Below are positions 44,504 through 44,814 of a DNA stretch of 44,814 nt, in pieces. Under the pieces are notes generated by a model. The model was not told the origin of the DNA and did no database searches. It was given only the letters and a program-made list of their open reading frames with translations. This DNA is from Stramenopiles sp. TOSAG23-2 (Eukaryota): positions 1-44,814 of the forward strand of contig LT649291.1 in NCBI GenBank assembly GCA_900128395.1, given 5' to 3'. A program made the position numbers and the translations under genes. Numbering within the stretch: position 1 is the stretch's first letter; each line of letters opens with the position of its first letter.

Positions 44504-44814
44504 GACTGTATGTATGTGTATTGTGTATCAACTTATGATGTGTTGTTTTATTTATGCTGGTGTGATCCTATTTGTTGTTGTTGTTGTATTTGTATTAGTT
44601 ATAACTTATGTTATTTGTAGACTATATTCTATACCTCGTAGACGACTATTTAAAGCAACAATATTATTATTAATATTATACAATTATTAGCTATATTTAT
44701 TATATAATAAATATGTCATATAATATGATGTATGTACTGTAGATGTCGGCTAAAACAGTTAGATGTTCCATTATTTTTTTTCTCAGCCAAAACAAAAATC
44801 CATTACTGTAGAAG

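Noticed and set aside
1-44814. Alternative genetic code, viral or prokaryotic origin
   Set aside because: Conserved eukaryotic genes read through with the standard code and end in TAA or TAG. Spliceosomal introns are present and there are no viral hallmark genes or operons.

Overview
AT-rich, gene-dense, intron-poor eukaryotic genomic window. It probably comes from a flagellated protist (ODAD1 present, poly-Asn tracts, standard code); a stramenopile-like origin is inference only. About 19 protein genes are present: SCFD2/MIP3-like Sec1-family protein, CK2 beta, sterol desaturase-family protein, AMPK gamma, a HIT-M1 aminopeptidase fusion next to a head-to-head RPN2/PSMA3 proteasome pair, a carboxylesterase, a frameshifted secretory VHL-beta-like protein, a 7TM protein, a front-end desaturase with a triplicated membrane N-terminus, WD40, BTB, ODAD1, coiled-coil proteins and a WGR-CHZ-like protein. 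Two spliceosomal introns can be read directly from the sequence and each merges two ORFs that the track lists separately. Non-coding DNA is strongly organised: TACGA/TCGTA words and a dispersed ~60-nt repeat lie downstream of gene 3' ends, while inverted repeats and shared GC-rich modules lie upstream of 5' ends. No rRNA, tRNA, CRISPR or transposase was recognised. All family calls come from motif recognition by eye, not database searches.
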